Shown here piece after piece: positions 18,001-26,059 of a DNA stretch of 64,000 bases. The DNA is taken from the NCBI GenBank assembly GCA_017541975.1, contig JAFXYB010000002.1, forward strand, positions 335 to 64,334, written 5' to 3'. Position 1 is the first letter of the stretch; each line of letters begins with the position of its first letter. Both the position numbers and the translations under genes were made by a program. The DNA is from a bacterium. Its GTDB lineage: Bacteria; Bacillota_I; Bacilli_A; Izemoplasmatales; UBA1188. A model generated the notes under the pieces. The model was not told the DNA's origin, did no database searches, and saw nothing but the letters and a program-made list of their open reading frames with translations.

Positions 18001-21000
18001 ACATATCTCGGTGTAAATAATGGCGCTCTAGCACTAAATGCAAGCTATAGTTCAGTCGCTTGGACTAAAGAAAGTGCCAATAGTTATTACGTACTTGTAG
18101 CTTCAGAAAAAGCATACATTACATATGATAATGGATGGAAAATAGCATACGAAGGCTATAGAATTAAAAATACTGCCAACAACAACTGGCTAAGTGCATC
18201 AAGCCAAACTGCAATTACAAATCAAACTACTCAAGCAAATGGAAGCATATGGATTTTAGATCCAGACGCAGCCACTACAACAATCGCAACAATCTATAAT
18301 GGCACTAAGACATATCTTGGAGCTAATGGATATGCTCTCGCATTAAACACATCATATTCAGGAACACTTTGGACAAAAGAAGGCAACACCTATTACATTG
18401 AGTCTAATGAAGGTGTAAAACTATACCTAATTTATGATAATGGATGGAAGCTTGGATATGATGGTTATACAATAAAAGATAATAGCGGCAACTATTATCT
18501 ATCCGCTAATGGAACTACAATACAAAACCAAACAACTCAAGCAAATGGCACATCATGGATTATAGATAGAGATGAGAATACAACAAAAATATTCTATATC
18601 TATAACAACTCTACTCCGTATTATCTTGGAATTGATAATAATGAAAACCTTGCAGTTGGAACAGCTTATAGTTCAACAATTTGGACAAAAGACGGAAATA
18701 GTTATTATACAACTTACAATGGTATTAATTACTATTTCACCTATTTAGCTAACGGCTGGAGAGCTCTTCCTAAAGAGTACGTTAGAATTATGATGAATGG
18801 TTATTATATGTATCTTTATAGCGGTACTGCAGTTAGAAATAATGCTAATCCAACAGCCACAGCAGCTAATTTCTATAGAGATTCTCAAAATAGATATTAT
18901 GCTTTCTATAATAACAACAAGACATATATTAGAAACAATAATAATACAGTTCAAGCAAGTACAACTATAGGACAAGCAGCAGAAATTCTAAGAGAAGGGA
19001 ATATACTTTATGTTCAAAGCGGCAATAATAAGCTATATATTAATCAAACTTCAACGTCTACTTATAGTAGTACTGCGTGGAGTTTTTCGGCAGCTAATGT
19101 TGCCCGCTATGCAATAGGAGATGGTTCTGGTCACTATCTAAATGTTACAGGAACTAATGCTAATTCTTATGAAACTGTAAATAATGCTCAAAATGCAACT
19201 CACTTTGTATTCTCAAGTACAACATCGGGTACTATTTCAACTACAGTAGATGGAACAACTTACTATCTCAGAAACAATAATGGTACTTTAGAAGTGAGCA
19301 CAACTAGTACTACATGGGATATTACAACAAATGGTATAAGTAATGATGGATATAATCTAAGATACAATAATGGAAACTGGGAATTAGTAACAGTATATTA
19401 TGTTTTAAGATCTGGTACAAGCTATATGGGATATTCTGGAACCGATGTAACTGTGGTTTCATCAAAGAATGATAGTAATATTCTTTTGTTTAAAAACATT
19501 CCTACTACAACAGGAACCGATTATACTCTTGAAGTTAAAGCTGGTAATAATGAATATAACCTATATTGCCCAAACAACACTAACAATTCCGCTGTTTCTC
19601 TTAGTACGAACGCAAGAAACTGGAGAACAGATGCAAACGGAAGATTGTTTTATAGATATAGCAACACCAGAAGTTACTACTTACGTCTTACAGGTGGGGA
19701 TTGGCAAGTAAACAGAACTCAAGCAAATGGTAGCACAATAACATTCGAACTATATGATGACTCTATTCAAACTAACATAACTAGAACGGAGTTCTTATAC
19801 GGAAACGAAGTAGCAACTGACAACACAAACACTTATGCGCAAACATTTGCAGCTGCTTCAGTTACAAAGAATTTAACACCACAACAATATACAGTTACAA
19901 AGAATTTCAACGCTGCATATATTGACCCATATTTCGCTCTTGCAAATACATCACACGATGCAGCAAGAACAATAACTATCAGTGAGTCTTTGATGGTTTA
20001 TGGTATTACAGATACTGTTCCACTAAACATTAATAGAATCACACAAAGTCAAAAGGCAATCAAGATAGGTGCACAAGAATCCGGCCTTCCAACCGGTTTC
20101 ACCACATATATGCCTATTCGTATAACTGGTAGTGAAGATTCTGATTATGATTCAAATAGTCCTTTCAAAGCATCTTTAAAGAACACAGGATATATTATTG
20201 GCGGTGGTAATTTCTACGTTCAAGGAAACAGTGTTGGTGATATTCGTGTATCTAGATATGCTAAGGACAATATTTCTTCTTATAGAACAACTGATTACAC
20301 CACTCTTTATACTATTGATGGAAATGGCATTAGAAGACTAAATTCAAACGATTTAAATAAATATATGTCATTCAATGATTCACAAGATGCTGATGGAAAC
20401 ACCATTTCTGGTGCGAAGACACAATTTGATGCGATGATTGGATCTTATGCTGATGGTCTTCACTTCATGAACGCCGAGATATCTACTGAGCGTCTTATCA
20501 CCGTTCCTCAAGCAACCATCCTTAATAGAACATATTATAACTACCAGTTCCCTGAAGACTGTATTGACTTTAAAGTATTAAAACGTGGTGCAATTAGTTT
20601 CTTTGCGGGTGAATACTTCACTGGAAATGATGCATTCTTCTCTCTTCATCAAATATTTAGAGATGAAGATCAAAACATCACAGATATAAAAGAGATTCAA
20701 TACGTATATAAAGTAACTGGTGCTACACTAGGAACTGCGGATTATATTTATCTTTATAAAGATGGTCTTTATGGAATAATTAACCAAGAGACAGGTAATT
20801 TTGAAGTCACTAATAAGATTTCTTTAACTCAAGAAAATAGCGCATACTTAAATGCATATTATGAAATTGCATTCAATACCGATTGGATCACAAACCCAAC
20901 AGGTGTTAGTGATTCTAATAAACGTGTTTATTATTTCGAAATTCCATGTAATAAGGGTGAATATGCCCTTGGATCTGTAACAGGAAAAACTGGTGCATAC

Positions 21001-21501
21001 CTTCTTTACCTCGATATCGCCGCAAATGGTGGTGATGAAGTCGCTGCAATCGTAAGTGGTGAAGGTAATGACGTTTCTACAACATTTAAGGTTGACTTTA
21101 GAGCTCCAGGAGAAACATCTAATTTCGCAATCTTACAGTTAGAAGTTAAGTGTCCAACTGAAGAAAATGCATCTTCTAGAGAACTCGACTCAAGACTATT
21201 TAGTGTTAGAGTTGTCTTTGACTCAAGTGAAACGGGAGCAAATAATACGTATCCGAGTGGTATATACAATATATACGTCACAAACAAAGTACCAGATACA
21301 ACGGTAAAGATTAAGGTCTTCTTAGTCGATGATGATAATGATGTATCTACAGCATTCCCATATGCATTTAGAGTGATATACACTAATACAGAATTTGAAA
21401 ATGTAACTATCACAAACATTGCTGATCTCGACTTCTATCAATCAGTTGGTGCATTTGAAATACCATTTGAAGGAGCCGGTGTAGAAGCATCCTACGACTA
21501 A
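15052..21501 (+). CDS. Giant (2149 aa) repeat-containing surface/secreted protein
   Basis: ATG lies 2 nt after the upstream stop. N-terminal KK + hydrophobic segment + VYGWFSS. GDGSEENPFVI and PFLGSIDGHKMTIDNLHI motifs, as at the start of beta-helix/GLUG-type passenger domains. About ten ~101-aa repeats. No C-terminal LPXTG. Confidence 0.85.
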   Translation: MKKLRIETFKLLLVIALIFGTITTSVYGWFSSKANTISTKVTGSIVFEYFHCGDGSEENPFVITRPIHYYHMVEFFQRITILDIGNNEKANFGKDYLYFQIGCPLAQLGDPTNTNGPVDANDWYVFDYSNTGGVNEKTNAQGEIVAPGTNALASKTLNMAYYSGERALMPTGSSEVPFLGSIDGHKMTIDNLHIVSSSIVNVVDEHGTIHSNVQRHTADMGVFGCVAQGLDLNEDGTVANVVENDVVTLREQSSIKNLYITNATIDLDGTATSTEIVGDLPTLPNGDPTHSNDYHLVNEDGEVVEENGTEIAYVGYVAGHVFSTDDITDVYVNNCRIVGGTASLTGYGYFGVIIDPTTGDTVSSLGSAIANIYTSGDGSGFGGSIGMTDLFTRIGNVRDASSNIRNITAETVIIDEVAGTTTRIATAYANQDAYNPSRSSNNSEFIQYHYSPESGLYYIFFRGTNTQGYNYLWGENTRLQTKTVTTITYEKDLDTGSYKMVDGYIIYEGSQNYLGTSATTTTSATLAGVSQANARILSFDDSNHLYFIAPVNFTQNYDYPYNDNENGAIDTIFYLNAANNYLGVTAANNASTTWAFDEDNRLYTTNNQTRYYLDYNNDNWYLTPVTSFSIFKDGEGNYLKITGTSLDNTTVEADASKLELSNPEASTTITTIINGTRYYLRSNAGTLELNTTANNHQWSYDSTKGAYYMTYGSTKYYIACDDDVWKMRPEGYNYLISDTGNYLNATSTTAFTNVTDSTAASYWNLDPNAATTTISTIISGTVTYLGVNNGNLVLGTGYNTSWTKEGDAYYTTIDGTKFYLGFDGTWKIDYSGYKLGDGNGNYINASSATAINNQTNASNASTWLYDPDSATTTIYTYVNGTKTYLGINNGALALNASYSTTSWTKDNDGYYITNTDGIKQYIRYNNGWIVQIDGYKISNGATNYLTATSATATGNTTEANAAIWVLDPDSATTTIFTYVNGTKTYLGVNNGALALNASYSSVAWTKESANSYYVLVASEKAYITYDNGWKIAYEGYRIKNTANNNWLSASSQTAITNQTTQANGSIWILDPDAATTTIATIYNGTKTYLGANGYALALNTSYSGTLWTKEGNTYYIESNEGVKLYLIYDNGWKLGYDGYTIKDNSGNYYLSANGTTIQNQTTQANGTSWIIDRDENTTKIFYIYNNSTPYYLGIDNNENLAVGTAYSSTIWTKDGNSYYTTYNGINYYFTYLANGWRALPKEYVRIMMNGYYMYLYSGTAVRNNANPTATAANFYRDSQNRYYAFYNNNKTYIRNNNNTVQASTTIGQAAEILREGNILYVQSGNNKLYINQTSTSTYSSTAWSFSAANVARYAIGDGSGHYLNVTGTNANSYETVNNAQNATHFVFSSTTSGTISTTVDGTTYYLRNNNGTLEVSTTSTTWDITTNGISNDGYNLRYNNGNWELVTVYYVLRSGTSYMGYSGTDVTVVSSKNDSNILLFKNIPTTTGTDYTLEVKAGNNEYNLYCPNNTNNSAVSLSTNARNWRTDANGRLFYRYSNTRSYYLRLTGGDWQVNRTQANGSTITFELYDDSIQTNITRTEFLYGNEVATDNTNTYAQTFAAASVTKNLTPQQYTVTKNFNAAYIDPYFALANTSHDAARTITISESLMVYGITDTVPLNINRITQSQKAIKIGAQESGLPTGFTTYMPIRITGSEDSDYDSNSPFKASLKNTGYIIGGGNFYVQGNSVGDIRVSRYAKDNISSYRTTDYTTLYTIDGNGIRRLNSNDLNKYMSFNDSQDADGNTISGAKTQFDAMIGSYADGLHFMNAEISTERLITVPQATILNRTYYNYQFPEDCIDFKVLKRGAISFFAGEYFTGNDAFFSLHQIFRDEDQNITDIKEIQYVYKVTGATLGTADYIYLYKDGLYGIINQETGNFEVTNKISLTQENSAYLNAYYEIAFNTDWITNPTGVSDSNKRVYYFEIPCNKGEYALGSVTGKTGAYLLYLDIAANGGDEVAAIVSGEGNDVSTTFKVDFRAPGETSNFAILQLEVKCPTEENASSRELDSRLFSVRVVFDSSETGANNTYPSGIYNIYVTNKVPDTTVKIKVFLVDDDNDVSTAFPYAFRVIYTNTEFENVTITNIADLDFYQSVGAFEIPFEGAGVEASYD
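16543..19719 (+). repeat. Tandem in-frame ~303-nt (~101-aa) repeat array inside the giant gene
   Basis: Unit starts at 17242, 17545, 17851, 18154 and 18463 (periods 303-309 nt). An exact 20-mer GCTCTAGCACTAAATGCAAG occurs at 17722 and 18025. More diverged units flank on both sides. Confidence 0.85.
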
Positions 21502-21511
21502 TAAAATACTT

Positions 21512-21544
21512 AAAAGCGCTTTCTTTTGAAGGCGCTTTTCTTTA
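21512..21544 (+). terminator. Intrinsic terminator after the giant gene
   Basis: AAAAGCGC / GCGCTTTT stem with a 12-nt loop, followed by a T-rich run. Confidence 0.6.
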
Positions 21545-21576
21545 TAATATAGGTGTAAATATAAGGTGGTTAAAAT

Positions 21577-22221
21577 ATGGATTACATATATAATAAGAAA
21601 AAGAAAGACACAATGGAAGAAAAATGTTTTACTGGTGAGATCTATGATTGCAATGATAAGGATCTCATGTTTTATCAAGAAGAATGTAAATTATTAATAG
21701 ATGAATATAATAAAACTCTTCCTGGCGAATTAAAGAAAAGAAGCGAGTTATTAAAGAAGATATTTCCTGATATTGGAGAGAATTGTTATATAGAACCACC
21801 ACTAAGAAGTAATTTTGGTGGTAAACACACCCATCTTGGAAACAATATATATTCTAACTTCAATTTAACACTAGTTGATGATGGAGATATATTTATCGGA
21901 GATCATACGATGATTGCGCCAAATGTAACAATCTGTACAGCAGCTCATCCAATATATCCATTCTTAAGAGAAAAAGGACTCCAATATAATAAACCAGTCA
22001 AAATAGGTAAATGTGTATGGCTTGGTGCTGGAGTAATCATTCTTCCTGGTGTTACTATTGGAGATAATTCTGTCATTGGTGCTGGAAGTGTAGTCACAAA
22101 AGATATACCGAGTGATTCAGTTGCCTATGGTAATCCTGCGAGAGTCGCAAGAAGAATAAACGATAGAGATAAAGAATACTTTTATAAGAATGAAAAAATA
22201 GATTGGTCAAAGATTCAATAA
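21577..22221 (+). CDS. maa: Maltose/galactoside O-acetyltransferase (hexapeptide family)
   Basis: SD AAGGTGG before ATG 21577. GEIYD N-terminal Mac motif and hexapeptide repeats GDNSVIGAGSVVTKDIPSDSVAYGNPARV. Confidence 0.85.
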   Translation: MDYIYNKKKKDTMEEKCFTGEIYDCNDKDLMFYQEECKLLIDEYNKTLPGELKKRSELLKKIFPDIGENCYIEPPLRSNFGGKHTHLGNNIYSNFNLTLVDDGDIFIGDHTMIAPNVTICTAAHPIYPFLREKGLQYNKPVKIGKCVWLGAGVIILPGVTIGDNSVIGAGSVVTKDIPSDSVAYGNPARVARRINDRDKEYFYKNEKIDWSKIQ

Positions 22222-22406
22222 ATTTTCATTTTTTGACACAATTTTTTTCATTTTTAAAAATCTAATTATTATAAATAATAATTACATAAAAAAATATTTT
22301 ATGAAAACGTGTTCATTAAATAAACTCTTTTCAATATGATATAATATTTACAAGTAAATTGAGAGTATTATAATTTACTTAAGTTTAGAGAAGGAGAGAG
22401 ATAGCG

Positions 22407-22532
22407 ATGAGTTTAATGAATGATTGCTTAAACATATCTAGCACATTTACTATTAATATCTTTATCGGTATTGAAACAGCATCAGTGTCTCTTAGTTTCT
22501 CAACTTTCTATTCTAATTTTTCTAATTTTTAA
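22407..22532 (+). CDS. Possible 41-codon leader sORF (MSLMNDCLNISSTFTINIFIGIETASVSLSFSTFYSNFSNF)
   Basis: Strong SD GAAGGAGAGAG lies 5 nt before the ATG. It sits between a TGaTATAAT promoter (22337-22345) and a terminator in the permease leader. No homology can be judged. Confidence 0.25.
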   Translation: MSLMNDCLNISSTFTINIFIGIETASVSLSFSTFYSNFSNF

Positions 22533-22560
22533 CATCAAGCAAAGGCTTGGTGTTTTTTTT
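22533..22560 (+). terminator. Leader (attenuator-like) terminator upstream of the permease gene
   Basis: CATCAAGC / GCTTGGTG stem (one G-U pair), AAAG loop, then TTTTTTTT. 54 nt before ATG 22615. Confidence 0.7.
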
Positions 22561-22614
22561 GAAAAATTAACCAATAACTTAATAAAAAAATAAATATAAA
22601 AAAGGAGAGTAAAA

Positions 22615-24033
22615 ATGGAATTATTTTACAAAGTAGAAGACAAACCAGAGTTTTCTAAGTTAATCGTCTTAGCATTACAACAACTTCTCGCAATCATGGC
22701 TGCAACAATTGCTGTACCAGCAATCATCGGTCATGGTATGAGCCCTTCTGCAGCATTATTCGGTGCTGGCGTAGGTACACTCGTTTATTTATTATTCACA
22801 AAATTTAAAAGCCCTGTATTCTTAGGATCATCATTCGCATTCTTAGGTTCAATGTCTGCAGCATTCGCAGGCGCTGCAACTATCGGTTTAACAGAAAATG
22901 TTGGATTCATCGGACTCGTTCTTGGTGCTATCCTTGCAGGTTTAGTATATGTAGTATTAGCATTAATCGTTAAATCAGTTGGTACTAACTGGATTTCTAA
23001 ATTGATGCCTGCAGTAGTAATCGGTCCTACAGTTGCAATCATCGGATTAAGCTTAGCTGGAAACGCTGTTGGCGATCTTGGAAGTGGAAGTTTTGAAACA
23101 ACTAACTTCTATGTTGCACTCGTTTGCGGTCTTGTAACATTATTCGTAACTATCATCTGTTCAGTATTTGGTAAGAAGATGTTCAAGATGATTCCATTCG
23201 TAATTGGTATTCTTGCTGGATATGCACTCGCATCTATCTTCACAGTAATTGGTGTTGCTGCTGGTGTTGATGCATTAAAAGTAATTGATTTCTCAGGATT
23301 TACAACTCTTGGAACAGTTGAAGCTTGGGTTCCTAACTTCACATTCATTAAAGCTATTAAAGGATTTGGTGAATTAAATGGAGCTGGTGATTTCTTCACT
23401 GTGCTTGGCCAAGCTGCAGTTGCATATATCCCTGTTGCATTTGTAGTATTTGCTGAACATATCGCAGATCATAAGAACTTATCTACAATCATTGAAAAAG
23501 ATTTATTAGAAGACCCAGGTCTAGATAATACATTACTTGGTGATGGTGTTGGTTCAATGGCTGGCGCATTCTTTGGTGGATGTCCTAACACTACATATGG
23601 TGAATCAATCGGTTGTGTTGCAATCTCAGGAAATGCTTCGGTAGTTACAATCCTCACAACTTCAATCATGGCTATTGTAGTATCATTCATTGGTCCATTC
23701 TCAATCTTCCTCGCAACTATCCCAGCATGTGTAATGGGTGGCGTATGTATCGCTCTTTATGGTTTCATTGCTGTATCAGGCTTAAAGATGTTACAAGGTG
23801 TTGATCTTGGTGACAATAAAAACTTATTCGTTGTATCAGTTATCTTAATCGCTGGTGTTGGTGGACTTGCACTCAATATCGCTGGTGTTGTTACAATCAC
23901 TGAAGTAGCTTGTGCATTAATCCTTGGTATCTTAGTTAACACAGTTGTTAGACTTAAAAAAGATGATGCTTCAAATGAAACAACTCCTGAAACAGTAACT
24001 GAAACTAGTGACGAAGAAACTGAAGAAGAATAA
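22615..24033 (+). CDS. NCS2 family nucleobase (uracil/xanthine) permease
   Basis: 472 aa polytopic protein. The N-terminus (KPEFSKLIVLALQQLLAIMAATIAVPAIIG) and the FAEHIADH region are typical of UraA/PyrP-type permeases. Acidic C-terminal tail. Confidence 0.85.
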   Translation: MELFYKVEDKPEFSKLIVLALQQLLAIMAATIAVPAIIGHGMSPSAALFGAGVGTLVYLLFTKFKSPVFLGSSFAFLGSMSAAFAGAATIGLTENVGFIGLVLGAILAGLVYVVLALIVKSVGTNWISKLMPAVVIGPTVAIIGLSLAGNAVGDLGSGSFETTNFYVALVCGLVTLFVTIICSVFGKKMFKMIPFVIGILAGYALASIFTVIGVAAGVDALKVIDFSGFTTLGTVEAWVPNFTFIKAIKGFGELNGAGDFFTVLGQAAVAYIPVAFVVFAEHIADHKNLSTIIEKDLLEDPGLDNTLLGDGVGSMAGAFFGGCPNTTYGESIGCVAISGNASVVTILTTSIMAIVVSFIGPFSIFLATIPACVMGGVCIALYGFIAVSGLKMLQGVDLGDNKNLFVVSVILIAGVGGLALNIAGVVTITEVACALILGILVNTVVRLKKDDASNETTPETVTETSDEETEEE

Positions 24034-24053
24034 TTATCTTTCATAAAATAGAA

Positions 24054-24081
24054 AAAGAAATCGATTTTCGATTTCTTTTTT
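24054..24081 (+). terminator. Intrinsic terminator after permease
   Basis: AAAGAAATCG / CGATTTCTTT 10-bp stem followed by a T run. Confidence 0.8.
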
Positions 24082-24123
24082 CATATATAATGGTATAATT
24101 ATATCTAAATTAAGGAGTAGCCT

Positions 24124-24570
24124 ATGAAAGATCTAATAATTGAATTTAAAAATGAAGATGATATACCTACTCTTGTGAAGCTATCAAAAACTTTTGAAGA
24201 AGAAAACATCTGCAATGGTATAGTTGCGGATGATTATGATTATTTTAAGAAGGTTGATGTTGCGGTCGCAAGATTAAAAGGCGAAATAATCGGCTATATT
24301 CATGGAAGATTTGAATATAAGACAGAAAACAATAGACTCTTTTATGTTGGACAAAAGACCTACTATATTGAAGAGATGTACGTTAAAAAAGAATATAGAT
24401 CAATGGGCGTTGGTAAGGAATTGTTTAAATTCATTGAAGAATATGCCAAAATGAAAAGCGCTGAATATATCGAGGTTACTGCTGTATCAAAAGATTTTAG
24501 AAGACTACTAGATTTCTATGAAGAAGTAGGAATGGTATATTGGTATTCAGAAATGAATAAAAAATTATAA
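24124..24570 (+). CDS. GNAT family N-acetyltransferase
   Basis: 148 aa. YRSMGVGKELFKFIEEYA acetyl-CoA motif. Confidence 0.8.
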   Translation: MKDLIIEFKNEDDIPTLVKLSKTFEEENICNGIVADDYDYFKKVDVAVARLKGEIIGYIHGRFEYKTENNRLFYVGQKTYYIEEMYVKKEYRSMGVGKELFKFIEEYAKMKSAEYIEVTAVSKDFRRLLDFYEEVGMVYWYSEMNKKL

Positions 24571-24587
24571 TATGAAGAGAAAATAAT

Positions 24588-25970
24588 ATGAATGCAGAAA
24601 AGATTAATCTTAAATCCTATGTCAGTAGTTTAATAGTTTTATTCTTACTTATGGTGTTAACCTACGTTTTAACATTCATAATTCCAAGTGGAGAATATCC
24701 AAGAATTATCAATGAAGCAGGAAACGAAGTAATAGATATTTCTAGCGAGTTTTCTTTTGTGGATGGAAACATCCCTTTTTGGAAATGGTTATTATCTCCT
24801 TTTTTAGTATTAACTGTAAGTGGTAGTTTTACTATTATTGCGGTAATTATACTATTGATTGTCATTGCTGGAATATTCAGCCCCTTAAATGAATCAAATG
24901 TAATTAGATATTTAATTGAGAAGATTGCCTATAAATATGGGAATAAAAAATATAAATTAATCGTTGTATTAACACTTGTATTTATGCTTCAAGGTTCCCT
25001 AATTGGTTCATATGAAGAAGTTGTGCCTCTTGTACCAATAATTGTAGCTTTATCATTAATGATTGGTTTTGATGTGCTTCTTGGTATCGGGATGAGTCTT
25101 GTCGCAACTGGTTGTGGCTTTGCAGTCGGTATCACAAATCCATTCACAATTGGTGTTGCGCAAGAACTGGCAGGCCTTCCAATGTTTTCTGGGTCATGGT
25201 TTAGAATATTAAGTTTCATTTTAGTATATGCATTATTATTGTTATTTTTAATCACATATGCAAAAAAGATAGAGAAAAAAGATACTATGGCTAACTTTAC
25301 ATTTGAAAAAAATGAAAAGTTAGACAAAGCATCTAATGCGTTTGTGATTATTCTTGGTGTTGGTGTTTTGATTGTACTTTCATCAGCATTTATTAAATTC
25401 TTACAAGACTACACAATGATCATTGTAATGCTTATGTTTTTAATCGCTGGAATTGTATCTTCAATTCTTTCTGGTATATCTTTTAAAGACTTCATGAAGT
25501 CTGCGGGAAGAGGAATAGTAGGAATTATTCCTGCCGTAATTTTAATTCTTATGGCAAGTTCAATTAAATATACTCTCACAGAAGCGAAAGTGCTTGATAC
25601 TATCATGTATTATTCATCAAATATCGCAAAAGAGATCCCAAGGTTCACAGTAATTCTATTTATCTATTTGATTGCCTTAGTATTAGAATTTTTCATCGCA
25701 TCTGGTTCTGCGAAAGCATTTTTATTAATACCACTCATTGTTCCAATTGCCTCTATCTTTAATATTTCACCTCAGTTATGTATAGTGGCATATGCCTTTG
25801 GGGATGGATTCTCTAATATTTTCTATCCAACTAATCCAGTTTTACTAATAACACTAGGATTAAATGAGGTTAAGTATTCAGATTATATTAAGAGATTTGT
25901 CTTATTCGCAGTTGTAAACCTCATCTTGACTTCAGCCTTACTGATATTTGGATTACTAATTGGTTATTAA
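24588..25970 (+). CDS. YfcC / C4-dicarboxylate-anaerobic-carrier-like membrane transporter
   Basis: 460 aa with more than 10 TM segments. The N-terminal pattern (LLMVLTYVLTFIIPSGEY) and overall architecture resemble the YfcC/DcuC-like family. Confidence 0.6.
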   Translation: MNAEKINLKSYVSSLIVLFLLMVLTYVLTFIIPSGEYPRIINEAGNEVIDISSEFSFVDGNIPFWKWLLSPFLVLTVSGSFTIIAVIILLIVIAGIFSPLNESNVIRYLIEKIAYKYGNKKYKLIVVLTLVFMLQGSLIGSYEEVVPLVPIIVALSLMIGFDVLLGIGMSLVATGCGFAVGITNPFTIGVAQELAGLPMFSGSWFRILSFILVYALLLLFLITYAKKIEKKDTMANFTFEKNEKLDKASNAFVIILGVGVLIVLSSAFIKFLQDYTMIIVMLMFLIAGIVSSILSGISFKDFMKSAGRGIVGIIPAVILILMASSIKYTLTEAKVLDTIMYYSSNIAKEIPRFTVILFIYLIALVLEFFIASGSAKAFLLIPLIVPIASIFNISPQLCIVAYAFGDGFSNIFYPTNPVLLITLGLNEVKYSDYIKRFVLFAVVNLILTSALLIFGLLIGY

Positions 25971-25982
25971 TATAGAATATAT

Positions 25983-26008
25983 AAAGCGTATGTCAAATAC
26001 GCTTTTTT
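25983..26008 (+). terminator. Intrinsic terminator
   Basis: AAAGCGTA / TACGCTTT stem followed by TTTTT. Confidence 0.75.
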
Positions 26009-26059
26009 ATTTGAAAAAGACTTGTTTTAAGCGTATAATTATAATCAAGGAACAGATAT

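Noticed and set aside
22222-22614. Known riboswitch or leader classes (purine, PyrR box, T-box) for the permease leader.
   Set aside because: The conserved cores of these motifs are not visible by eye. The leader is therefore reported as unexplained rather than assigned.
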